From Candidatus Omnitrophota bacterium (lineage in GTDB: Bacteria; Omnitrophota; Gorgyraeia; Zapsychrales; JAHFFX01), in contig JAHFFW010000013.1 of NCBI GenBank assembly GCA_023247725.1, positions 1,031 through 65,030 on the forward strand: a DNA stretch of 64,000 nucleotides. Direction: 5' to 3'. Below are positions 18,179-26,761 of this stretch, one piece after another. Positions within the stretch are counted from its first letter, which is position 1. The number at the start of each line of letters is the position of its first letter. The notes below the pieces were generated by a model. It did not search any database, had not been told where the DNA came from, and saw nothing but the letters and a program-made list of their open reading frames with translations. The position numbers and the translations under genes are program-made.

Positions 18179-18751
18179 TCTTTTTCTCCTTTGATTAAGC
18201 GCCTCGAGAAAAAAGGCACCTAATTTTATATCAATCTAGGGTTATATAATTTTGTATATATGGCCTAGCGAATTGCAACATTAGACCAGGGTTTGATGAT
18301 CCATGACTGTAACGTTTCATCCCTCCTTTCGTAGCCAGATTGGAATCATCACTGGGTTTAGAAGTGGGGACATTCTTACATACGGCTCAAAGCGTGTCAA
18401 GAAAATTTCCAAAAATTTTACGTGGCCTCTAAATCCTCGAAAAAAACGGGTTTATATCTTTTCGCCGTACGGTTTTTTTTATCCACCTGCCGGCAAGGCA
18501 GGAAAATGTAAACGATGTTCCGATTGCACACTTGCCCGTAGGGCTCATTTTTTCCACATTGCACGAAAATTTAAATCCCAAGAGAGACTTATGGAAGAAT
18601 CAAAACCAGGAATTTATGAAGGGGAAGGATTGCTGGCTGAGCCTAAACCGGGTTTTACAGATCGGCCGATGCCCTAATTAAGGAATTATAAATAATACTT
18701 ATATTATAGCAGGTATCCTTTGATATTCATTTCAAGGATCCTGAACCTAAA

Positions 18752-18826
18752 TGCGCCTGGACCGAATCGAACGGTCAACCTAGGCCTTAGGAGAGCCTCG
18801 CTCTATCCAAATTGAGCTACAGGCGC
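18752..18826 (-). tRNA. tRNA-Arg(CCT), CCA not encoded
   Basis: GCGCCTG acceptor stem, GCTC/GAGC D-stem, anticodon loop CTCCTAA, GACCG-TTCGATT-CGGTC T-arm. Confidence 0.95.
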
Positions 18827-18902
18827 AGAATTTCAGGAAGGTTTTGAGAGTTGCCGAGGGTCTCACAAAACTCCACGACCCCTCATTGAGTTACCAAATG
18901 GC

Positions 18903-18996
18903 AATCAGGTCATCCGGAGATCCGGAAATGGGAATCCGGATACCCGGATATCCGGGTCATCATTTCCGAATTACCGGATTGCCGGATATCCTGTAT
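18903..18996. repeat. degenerate 8-nt tandem array (ATCCGGAT-like) in inverted arrangement
   Basis: CATCCGGA GATCCGGA..TACCCGGA TATCCGGG / TTACCGGA TTGCCGGA TATCCTGT; overlaps the stop of the TPR gene. Confidence 0.7.
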
Positions 18997-21433
18997 TTTT
19001 TTCATTTTCGTTCTTCGAATGCTCTTCCAAAATTTTTTGAAACTGACTCGGGGTGCGATAACCCAACGTCTGGGCGAGATCATTGTATTTAATGGCGTTA
19101 CGGTAATCGCCCAGCTTATAACAAAGGATCGATAAATTCACATAAGCATCCAAATGATCGGGATTGATGGCAATCGCCTGTTGGTAAAGGGCAATGGCTT
19201 GCGGCAATTGATCCTGCAGCGCGTAGATATTTCCCAAATTGTAGTAAGCTTCGGCATTATCCGGATCATACTGGATGGCCTTTTGATAATGCTCAATCGC
19301 GAGATCTCTCTGACCGGTGACTTCGAAAATAAATCCCAGATTAAAATGCGCCCTGGGGTGCTCAGGATTAATCGTCAGGGCCTTTCGGAAAAGATCAATC
19401 GCCTGGGTTTGCTGGCCCAGAAGAGCGAAAGTCTGCCCCAAACTGAGATAGGCATCAATATAATTCGCATCGATTCGGAGAACCTCTTGATAGGCCGCCT
19501 GTGCGTCTTTGAAATTATTGGTTTTCTCATAAACCTTGCCCAAGGCATAGATCGCTTTCGTGTGCCGAGGATTTTGCTCAATAATCTGACGAAAGGCCCG
19601 GATCGCTTGTTCATAATCACCGCTTTCGGCATAAAGCACGCCCAGATTGAACAGCGATTGCGTTCGTCCAGATTGAAAGGCCTTGACCGTAAATGTTTCC
19701 AGGATTTCATCGCGTCTGTGCCGGAGGATTTCCGGATGCGGACTTTTCTTCAAACCTTCGTTGATCGTCTGAACAATGTTAAAATAAACATCATCATTGT
19801 CCGGTTCCAGGAGAATGATCTGATTGAATGCCTCAATCGCCAGCCGGGGTTCTCCCAGCTGGATAAAAAGCGACCCCAGATTCAAATAAGCATCTTTAAA
19901 TTTCGCAGCAATTCTGATTGTCTGCTGATAGAGTTTAACGGCCTCGGGAATCATGCCCGCTTCCTTGTATAAATTCCCCAGATTCAAATAAGCATACTCA
20001 TAATTCGGATCTTGCCGGATCGATTCTTGATATAGAGAAACCAGATAATCAATCCTGCGGGCCATCTTTTGCGTCTCTTCATCGAGGGCTTGATCGCCCA
20101 GCCCCTGGCGACGTAATTCCATGATGGCGCGATAACGGGTGATGGCCTTTTTGTAATCCTTTTGTTCCCGATAGGCCGAGGCGAGGTTGTTTAACGCTAG
20201 CGGTTGAAAAGGTTCAAAAGCCAACTGGTGCTTTAGCAGGGTAATGCTATCGCGCCACACCAAAACCTGGGCGTTGGCTTTCAGCGCCAAAAAAAGAATG
20301 GCCAATAACGATACGCCTCCCGTCGCCCACCGCCACAAGGCGGGTTTTATTTCTATCCGGCTGGCCAGCCATTGAGCCCCGGCTCCAATCAGAAAACACA
20401 TCCCGAGGCTGGGCAAATACATAAAGCGATCGGCCACCACATTGATATCCTTGGCATCATCAAATCGCAGCAAAAAGAAAATGGATAGCACATAAAAAAG
20501 AAAAGCGAACATGACCCAACGGTTTCTCTGCAATCGGTAGACAAAGAGAATCAAGGCCAAAAAAACCGCCAATGAAACAATATATTCGGGATTCGCCCAT
20601 CCGACGGGTTTGGGTAGATCATAAATGGGGACAAAGAATTGGGGGAACCAAAATTGCCGGATGTAAAAAACAAAGGTCCAGATCCAGACTAATAAACTTT
20701 CGAGGGGACCATTGGTGGATGGCAGGCGTAGATGCACCGAATACGTCATCCAACCCAGCCCCGCCAAAATAATCAACAAGGGAATTTTTTGCCAGACCAC
20801 TTCCGGGCGCCAGGGTTTTCTTTCAAACCAATCCAAAAGAAATAAAATGAGGGGCAAGCTGAGCGCCATCGGTTTGGCCAACATGCTCAAGGTTCCAAAA
20901 AGAAGCACAAGCGCATACCGCCATCCCTGCGGCTGACGTGAAAAATTCAGATATTGCCAAACTGCTAAAAGATAAAAGAAGGCATACAATACATCCTTGC
21001 GCTCGGTGACCCAGACGACGGATTCGACATGCATCGGATGAATGCCAAAAATGAAACTGGCGAGCGCACTCGCCCCTGGAGCGAGCCCTAGCCGCAAACC
21101 CAGAGCGTAAATAAGAACCACGATCACCAAATGCAACAGCACATTATCCAGATGATAAACAAACGGGTTGAAGCCAAAAAAATGATATTCGAGGGCAAAA
21201 GACAGCGAGGTCAAAGGGACATAGGTCATGTTGACCCGCTGGGTGAACATATCGATGAGATGTTCGCGATCCAGCGCCCGGATGGAGAGATTATTTAAGA
21301 GATGGACTTCGTCATCCCAGTTCACGAATTGCGAGAACAAGGAAGGGAAATAGCAGACAAAAACCGCAAGAAGGACCGCCGCGAGAACAACCCACGATCT
21401 GCGTTTTTCTGTCACTTTAACCTTATTCACCAT
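18971..21433 (-). CDS. TMTC-like GT-C membrane glycosyltransferase with C-terminal TPR repeats
   Basis: FVNWDD, HPMHVESVVWVTERKDVL, ADRFMYLPS motifs, then many TPRs (AYYNLGNIY). Confidence 0.85.
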   Translation of the reverse strand: MVNKVKVTEKRRSWVVLAAVLLAVFVCYFPSLFSQFVNWDDEVHLLNNLSIRALDREHLIDMFTQRVNMTYVPLTSLSFALEYHFFGFNPFVYHLDNVLLHLVIVVLIYALGLRLGLAPGASALASFIFGIHPMHVESVVWVTERKDVLYAFFYLLAVWQYLNFSRQPQGWRYALVLLFGTLSMLAKPMALSLPLILFLLDWFERKPWRPEVVWQKIPLLIILAGLGWMTYSVHLRLPSTNGPLESLLVWIWTFVFYIRQFWFPQFFVPIYDLPKPVGWANPEYIVSLAVFLALILFVYRLQRNRWVMFAFLFYVLSIFFLLRFDDAKDINVVADRFMYLPSLGMCFLIGAGAQWLASRIEIKPALWRWATGGVSLLAILFLALKANAQVLVWRDSITLLKHQLAFEPFQPLALNNLASAYREQKDYKKAITRYRAIMELRRQGLGDQALDEETQKMARRIDYLVSLYQESIRQDPNYEYAYLNLGNLYKEAGMIPEAVKLYQQTIRIAAKFKDAYLNLGSLFIQLGEPRLAIEAFNQIILLEPDNDDVYFNIVQTINEGLKKSPHPEILRHRRDEILETFTVKAFQSGRTQSLFNLGVLYAESGDYEQAIRAFRQIIEQNPRHTKAIYALGKVYEKTNNFKDAQAAYQEVLRIDANYIDAYLSLGQTFALLGQQTQAIDLFRKALTINPEHPRAHFNLGFIFEVTGQRDLAIEHYQKAIQYDPDNAEAYYNLGNIYALQDQLPQAIALYQQAIAINPDHLDAYVNLSILCYKLGDYRNAIKYNDLAQTLGYRTPSQFQKILEEHSKNENEKNTGYPAIR

Positions 21434-21436
21434 GAA

Positions 21437-21970
21437 TCAATATTTAATGATGGAATAGACGGGATACTCTTTGAGCTTGTCTTTGCCATTGAGGAAGCTC
21501 AACTCGACGAGGAAGGCCAGGCCAACGATATTGGCATGCTGGGCCTTGATGAGATCGGTCACAGCCCGAATGGTTCCTCCGGTCGCCAAAAGGTCATCGA
21601 CGATCAGGACACGGCTGCCCGGGTCAATGGCGTCTTCGTGGATCTCCAGCGTATCCGTGCCATATTCGAGAGAATAGGTGATGCTGCGGGTTTTATAGGG
21701 AAGCTTGCCTTTTTTTCGCACCGGAACAAATCCGGCCCCGAGCTTGTAGGCCAAAACTGCCCCGAAGATGAAGCCCCTGGCCTCCACTCCGACGACATAA
21801 TCGATTTTCTTATCCTTAAATTTTTTGACCAACTGATCAACCGATTTCTTCAAGGCCGCCTTGTTGCGTAGCAGGGTCGAAACATCCTTGAAGATGATGC
21901 CTTCTTTGGGGAAATTGGGAATATCGCGAATGCAGGTTTTTAAATTCAACGCTCGGGTCCTCCCTGGCAT
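21437..21970 (-). CDS. apt: adenine phosphoribosyltransferase
   Basis: IPNFPKEGIIFKD, GVEARGF, VDDLLATGGT; start uncertain. Confidence 0.95.
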   Translation of the reverse strand: MPGRTRALNLKTCIRDIPNFPKEGIIFKDVSTLLRNKAALKKSVDQLVKKFKDKKIDYVVGVEARGFIFGAVLAYKLGAGFVPVRKKGKLPYKTRSITYSLEYGTDTLEIHEDAIDPGSRVLIVDDLLATGGTIRAVTDLIKAQHANIVGLAFLVELSFLNGKDKLKEYPVYSIIKY

Positions 21971-22014
21971 AAGTCCTCTTTCTATCCCTTCATGGCATTT
22001 GGTTCTCAAGTTTA

Positions 22015-22153
22015 GCGCAGATGATACAGATCGCACGCGGATTAAAGCCGATCGACGTCACCGAAACCCGAAACGGGCATCCTAACCATAACCGTAACCG
22101 AATTCCTTTTGGTTTGCGGCTTCGCTGCGTCAGGATTATCCGCGTTTGCTCTG
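22015..22153. repeat. short degenerate 9-nt and 6-nt repeats plus a REP-like fragment
   Basis: GCGCAGAT GATACAGAT CACGCGGAT ... ATCCGCGT; CCTAAC CATAAC CGTAAC; TTTGGTTTGCGGCTTCGCTGCGTCAGG. Confidence 0.5.
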
Positions 22154-23014
22154 TTACATCACATGAGCCGGAGGAGAGACAGAGTCCCGGCGAATAAATT
22201 TGGCCTCTAAGGTGACCTTGACCGGCAAACGCGCCTTGCCCTTTGCGATCTCATTCAAATGTTCTGCCCCCAGGCGCCCCATTTCCACCAAAGGTTGTCT
22301 GACCGTGGTCAGGCTCACGGAACAATGGACATTCAAAGGATTGTCGTCAAATCCAGCGACGGAAAGATCCTGAGGGATGCGCAGTTTTTTAGATTTGGCC
22401 ACATCCATCAATTCCATGGCCATGACATCCGAAGCGGCAAAAACCGCCGTCGGAGGTTCTTTCAATGCCAACAATTTCATCGCCGACTCGCGGGCCGGGG
22501 TTCGCAAAAATCCCCCGTAGGTAACAAAATCTTTTTGCAAGGGGATCTCCTGCGACTTCAAGGCCTCTTGATAACCTTCCAAGCGCAGTAAACCGGCCTG
22601 GGTCGTCTGATCGCCGGCGATCGTGGCAATCCGGCGGTGACCCAATTTGATGAATGACTCCACGACCTCAAGTGCGGCCTGTTTGTTATTGATCGAAATA
22701 CAGTTGATGGGTTCCTCTAACATATTATTGAGGACCATGCAGGGCATGCCCGCCCGGATGGCTTTCTTGACCACATGCACGTCGTTATCAATATCGGCAA
22801 AGATAATCCCGTCGACGTAACGATGATCCAAAAGCGAAGAATCAAGCCAGCCGCGATGGTCATGACGGCTGGTCAAATGGATCAGGATATCGGTTTTCAA
22901 ACGACTGGCCGCCAGACTCACGCCCTTAATGATTTCTCCGGCATAAAAGGAATGGAAGATATCTTCAAAGGTGGGAACAACCAAAACGAATGTCTGTTTC
23001 CTTTTTTTATTCAT
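22154..23014 (-). CDS. LacI-family ligand-binding domain protein lacking the HTH
   Basis: LGHRRIATIAG, PPTAVFAASDVMA, IPQDLSVAGFDD, LTTVRQP; only 8 nt from the upstream stop, so no room for an HTH. Confidence 0.85.
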   Translation of the reverse strand: MNKKRKQTFVLVVPTFEDIFHSFYAGEIIKGVSLAASRLKTDILIHLTSRHDHRGWLDSSLLDHRYVDGIIFADIDNDVHVVKKAIRAGMPCMVLNNMLEEPINCISINNKQAALEVVESFIKLGHRRIATIAGDQTTQAGLLRLEGYQEALKSQEIPLQKDFVTYGGFLRTPARESAMKLLALKEPPTAVFAASDVMAMELMDVAKSKKLRIPQDLSVAGFDDNPLNVHCSVSLTTVRQPLVEMGRLGAEHLNEIAKGKARLPVKVTLEAKFIRRDSVSPPAHVM

Positions 23015-23022
23015 AAAAAATT

Positions 23023-23835
23023 CTACAGCGGCTTTTCTTTCTTTTTTAAAAGACGGCGGATCTTTTTGATGGTCGCAGCCTCGACCTGTCGGATCCTTTC
23101 GCGCGAGACCCCCATCTCCTTGGCAATCTCGGCCAAGGTCCGGGTATTGCCATCGGTCAGGCCAAAGCGCAAATCAATGATCTTGCGTTCCCGCTCGGTC
23201 AAAAGATCCAACAAACCCATGGCGCGTTCCTTATTGAAGAATGTCTCGATTTCTTCGTCGGGACTAGTTGTGGTCTGATCTTCAATAATATCCTTGATCT
23301 GTCCGTCGCCCTCTTCGCCAATGGGCGCATCAAGGCTCGACATCTTGGCGATGGCCCCTTCGAGATCGCGGATCTTATCGACCCCAAGGTGCATTTTCTT
23401 CGCGACCTCGCCTGCCATGGGTCGGCGTTTGAGTTTGTGCGTCATTTTCTCGATGACTTTTTTGTATTTCAGGATTTCCTCATTCATATAAACCGGAACC
23501 CGGATCATCTTGCCCTGATCGATGATCGCCCGGGAAATCCCCTGTTTGATCCACCAGGCCGCATACGTCGAGAAACGAAATCCCCGCTGGGGATCAAATT
23601 TTTCAACGGCCTTCATGAGTCCAATGTTGCCTTCCTCGATCAAATCGCTTAAAGGAACTCCGAGGTTCACATATTTCTTCGCGATGCTGATGACCAGACG
23701 CAGATTCGAACGGATCATGGTTTCTCTGGCCTCCTTGTCCCCTTTTTGAATCTTGCGGGCCAAATCCAGTTCACTTTCCGCGGTCAAAAGCGGAATGGGA
23801 CGGACATCTTTGAGATAGGCTTTGATGGGATCCAT
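23023..23835 (-). CDS. sigma70-family sigma factor (RpoD/RpoS-like, no region 1.1)
   Basis: NLRLVISIAKKY, DLIEEGNIGLMKAVEKFD, FSTYAAWWIKQ, SRERIRQVE. Confidence 0.93.
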   Translation of the reverse strand: MDPIKAYLKDVRPIPLLTAESELDLARKIQKGDKEARETMIRSNLRLVISIAKKYVNLGVPLSDLIEEGNIGLMKAVEKFDPQRGFRFSTYAAWWIKQGISRAIIDQGKMIRVPVYMNEEILKYKKVIEKMTHKLKRRPMAGEVAKKMHLGVDKIRDLEGAIAKMSSLDAPIGEEGDGQIKDIIEDQTTTSPDEEIETFFNKERAMGLLDLLTERERKIIDLRFGLTDGNTRTLAEIAKEMGVSRERIRQVEAATIKKIRRLLKKKEKPL

Positions 23836-23855
23836 GTTCGAGTTAACTTGCGTTC

Positions 23856-23890
23856 CGTAGGACGTGAGACGTAGGACGTCCCACGTCTTA
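23856..23890. repeat. 7-nt tandem array (ACGTAGG/ACGTGAG) with inverted half
   Basis: CGTAGG ACGTGAG ACGTAGG ACGT CCCACGT CTTA at the ppdK stop. Confidence 0.65.
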
Positions 23891-26662
23891 TTTTTTCTTC
23901 TTTCTTGTCGATCCTCTATTGTTCAACTTCGCGGCGCTCCCATCCGCCAGCGCCGCCTGGGCAGCGGCCAACCGGGCGATCGGCACGCGATAAGGGCTGC
24001 AGCTGACATAGTCCATGCCGACCTTGTGGCAAAAATCAATGGAGGCCGGATCTCCACCATGTTCGCCACAGATACCGATTTTTAATTTTGGTTGAACCGA
24101 ACGCCCCTTCTGCACGGCAATCGAAATCAATTGCCCGACCCCCTTGAGGTCAATGGATTGGAAAGGATCCTCTGGTAGAATTTTTTTATCCAGATACTCC
24201 GGCAAAAATCCGCCAATGTCGTCGCGGGAAAACCCAAAGGTCATCTGCGTCAAATCATTGGTCCCAAAGGAAAAAAATTCCGCTTCGGTGGCAACATGAT
24301 CTGCCGTCAAGGCTGCGCGCGGAACTTCGATCATCGTCCCGAATAAATGCGGGATCTCTTTGACATTGTATTTTTGGCAAACCTCGTCATAAACTTTTTG
24401 CGCGAGCATTTTCTGATGTTTCAATTCGGTCACCGCTCCGATGACGGGAATCATGATTTCCGGAAAAACCTTCTGGCCTTCCTTTGAAAGCTCGACGGCG
24501 GCTTCCAGAACGGCGCGAATCTGCATCTCGGTGACCTCCGGATACGTGATTCCCAACCGCACGCCCCGATGACCCATCATGGGATTGTTTTCATGCAATC
24601 CAGCGGCTCGTTTTTGCAACTCACTCATGTCAATATTCAAACTTTTAGCCAATTCCTGCAACTGCTCGGTTTGATGCGGAACGAACTCATGCAACGGCGG
24701 ATCCAAAAGCCGAACGGTGACGGGGAATCCCTGCATGGCCTCGAGTGTTCCCTTGATATCCTTTTTGACATGGGGGAACAATTCACTTAAGGCGTTCTGA
24801 CGTTCGGTCAGGGTTTTGGATACAATCATCTTGCGAAGTTTGAACAACGGGACTTCCGAACCTTTGCCATAAAACATATGCTCGGTGCGGAATAGTCCAA
24901 TGCCCTCAGCGCCAAAGGCCCGGCCCTTTGCCGCGTCCTCGGGTGTGTCAGCGTTCGTCCGAATCTTCAAACGCCGGAATTGATCGCACACCTGGAGGAA
25001 TTCGGTGAAGAGTTTATTTTCTTCAGCCGCGTCGATCATGGCGAGGCGCCCCTCATAAAATGCGCCTTTGGTTCCATTGAGGGTGATCCAATCTCCCTCT
25101 TTCAGAACTTTCCCGTCGATATGCATATTTTTGTTTGGAAGGTCCACTTCGATATCGGAACATCCCACAATGCAGCATTTGCCCCAGCCTCTGGCAACCA
25201 AGGCAGCATGGGAAGTCATTCCGCCGCGGGCCGTGAGGATCGCCTCCGCCGCGCGCATCCCTTCGACGTCTTCGGGATTGGTTTCTTCCCGAACGAGGAT
25301 CACGGGTTTTCCATTTTTCTTCCAGGAAACCGCATCATGAGCGGTAAAGACCACCTGACCGGCGGCGGCGCCCGGCCCCGCCGGAAGACCTTTGCCCAAT
25401 TTTTTTGCCGCCATCTCGGCCTTGGGATCGATGATGGGATGAAGCAATTCGTCGAGCTGAGAAGGTGTCACCCGGGAGATGGCATCGACGGGTTTAATCA
25501 ATTTTTCTTTCACCATATCCATCACCATCTTGACGGCGGCCGGACCGTTGCGCTTGCCAGTACGGCATTGCAGCATGAAGAGCGCCCCATCTTCGACGGT
25601 GAATTCAATGTCTTGCATATCGCGGTAATGTCTTTCCAAGCGACGGCGGATATCTTCCAGCTGCCGGTAGATGTTGGGGTTTTGTTCTTGCAAGGTCTGC
25701 AAATGACGATTGTGACCGCTCTGAGAATATTTGTTGATGGGAGACGGGGTTCGAATGCCCGCCACCACGTCTTCCCCCTGAGCGTTAATCAGATATTCGC
25801 CATAAAACTGGTTTTCTCCGTTGCCGGGATTACGGGTAAAGGCCACACCCGTCGAGGAATTATTCCCCATGTTTCCAAAGGCCATGGATTGAACATTCAC
25901 GGCCGTGCCCCATTCATCCGGAATACCTTCGATCCGACGATAAGAAATCGCCCGTTTTCCATTCCACGAAGCAAAGACAGCCCCGATTCCGCCCCACAAC
26001 TGTTGGTACGGATCATCGGGAAAGGGTTTGCCTAAAACTTCCTTGACCTTGGCCTTGTATTGACCAACCAACCGTTTCAAATCTTCCGCGGAAAGTTCCG
26101 CATCGGTCTTAACGCCTCTTTGCTGTTTGGTTCCCTCCAAAATTTTATCCAATTGAACCCGGATGCCCTGGCCTTCGGCCGGTTCGATCCCGGCGGCCTT
26201 TTCCATGACCACATCCGAATACATCGTGATCAACCGGCGGTAGGCGTCGTAGGCAAAGCGTTCGTTGCCGGTTTTCTTGATAAGACCCTTAATCGTTTTT
26301 TCCGTCAAGCCCACATTCAAAACGGTCTCCATCATCCCCGGCATGGACCTGCGGGCACCAGAACGGACCGAAACCAAAAGGGGATTTTCCGGATCACCAA
26401 ACTTTTTGCCCATGATCGCTTCCACTTTTTTTAAAGCGGCCAAAACTTCTTTCTCAAGACCGGGGGGATATTTCCTCTCATTTTGATAGGTGTACGTGCA
26501 AACCTCCGTCGTGATGGTGAACCCCGGCGGAACGGGCAATTTCAAATCGGGGTGTCCCGCCATCTCCGCGAGGTTGGCCCCTTTGCCGCCCAAAAGATTT
26601 TTCATCTCTGCGGTCCCGTCCGCCTTACCCCCGCCGAAAAAGTACACAAACTTCTTTGCCAT
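23888..26662 (-). CDS. ppdK: pyruvate, phosphate dikinase
   Basis: LLGGKGANLAEM, GGMTSHAA phospho-His motif, GIGLFRTEHMF, SFGTNDLTQ, GICGEHGGDP. Confidence 0.98.
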   Translation of the reverse strand: MAKKFVYFFGGGKADGTAEMKNLLGGKGANLAEMAGHPDLKLPVPPGFTITTEVCTYTYQNERKYPPGLEKEVLAALKKVEAIMGKKFGDPENPLLVSVRSGARRSMPGMMETVLNVGLTEKTIKGLIKKTGNERFAYDAYRRLITMYSDVVMEKAAGIEPAEGQGIRVQLDKILEGTKQQRGVKTDAELSAEDLKRLVGQYKAKVKEVLGKPFPDDPYQQLWGGIGAVFASWNGKRAISYRRIEGIPDEWGTAVNVQSMAFGNMGNNSSTGVAFTRNPGNGENQFYGEYLINAQGEDVVAGIRTPSPINKYSQSGHNRHLQTLQEQNPNIYRQLEDIRRRLERHYRDMQDIEFTVEDGALFMLQCRTGKRNGPAAVKMVMDMVKEKLIKPVDAISRVTPSQLDELLHPIIDPKAEMAAKKLGKGLPAGPGAAAGQVVFTAHDAVSWKKNGKPVILVREETNPEDVEGMRAAEAILTARGGMTSHAALVARGWGKCCIVGCSDIEVDLPNKNMHIDGKVLKEGDWITLNGTKGAFYEGRLAMIDAAEENKLFTEFLQVCDQFRRLKIRTNADTPEDAAKGRAFGAEGIGLFRTEHMFYGKGSEVPLFKLRKMIVSKTLTERQNALSELFPHVKKDIKGTLEAMQGFPVTVRLLDPPLHEFVPHQTEQLQELAKSLNIDMSELQKRAAGLHENNPMMGHRGVRLGITYPEVTEMQIRAVLEAAVELSKEGQKVFPEIMIPVIGAVTELKHQKMLAQKVYDEVCQKYNVKEIPHLFGTMIEVPRAALTADHVATEAEFFSFGTNDLTQMTFGFSRDDIGGFLPEYLDKKILPEDPFQSIDLKGVGQLISIAVQKGRSVQPKLKIGICGEHGGDPASIDFCHKVGMDYVSCSPYRVPIARLAAAQAALADGSAAKLNNRGSTRKKKK

Positions 26663-26710
26663 TGCGATGTGCTCCCTTCTGTTGTTATAAAAACCTCAAG
26701 TGGCTCCAAG

Positions 26711-26759
26711 TCACCCAGCAACCCAGCTAAAACATTTCTGGGACGCTGGGTGCTGGGCA
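26711..26759. repeat. 8-nt inverted tandem array (CACCCAGC/GCTGGGT)
   Basis: CACCCAGC AACCCAGC ... CTGGGAC GCTGGGT GCTGGGC just after the glyQS stop. Confidence 0.6.
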
Positions 26760-26761
26760 TC

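Noticed and set aside
18303-18677. 124-aa plus-strand ORF between the porin and the tRNA
   Set aside because: Overlaps the probable porin promoter and a palindromic repeat; not protein-like; no clear RBS
18680-18715. AT-rich stretch resembling a dif site or tRNA-linked att site
   Set aside because: The XerD arm does not match TTATGTTAAAT, and no duplicated tRNA 3' end or integrase was seen
24980-26035. Long plus-strand ORFs antisense to ppdK (and similar ones opposite ftsK, dnaE, the TPR gene and HU)
   Set aside because: Shadow ORFs of well-conserved minus-strand genes with no recognisable motifs
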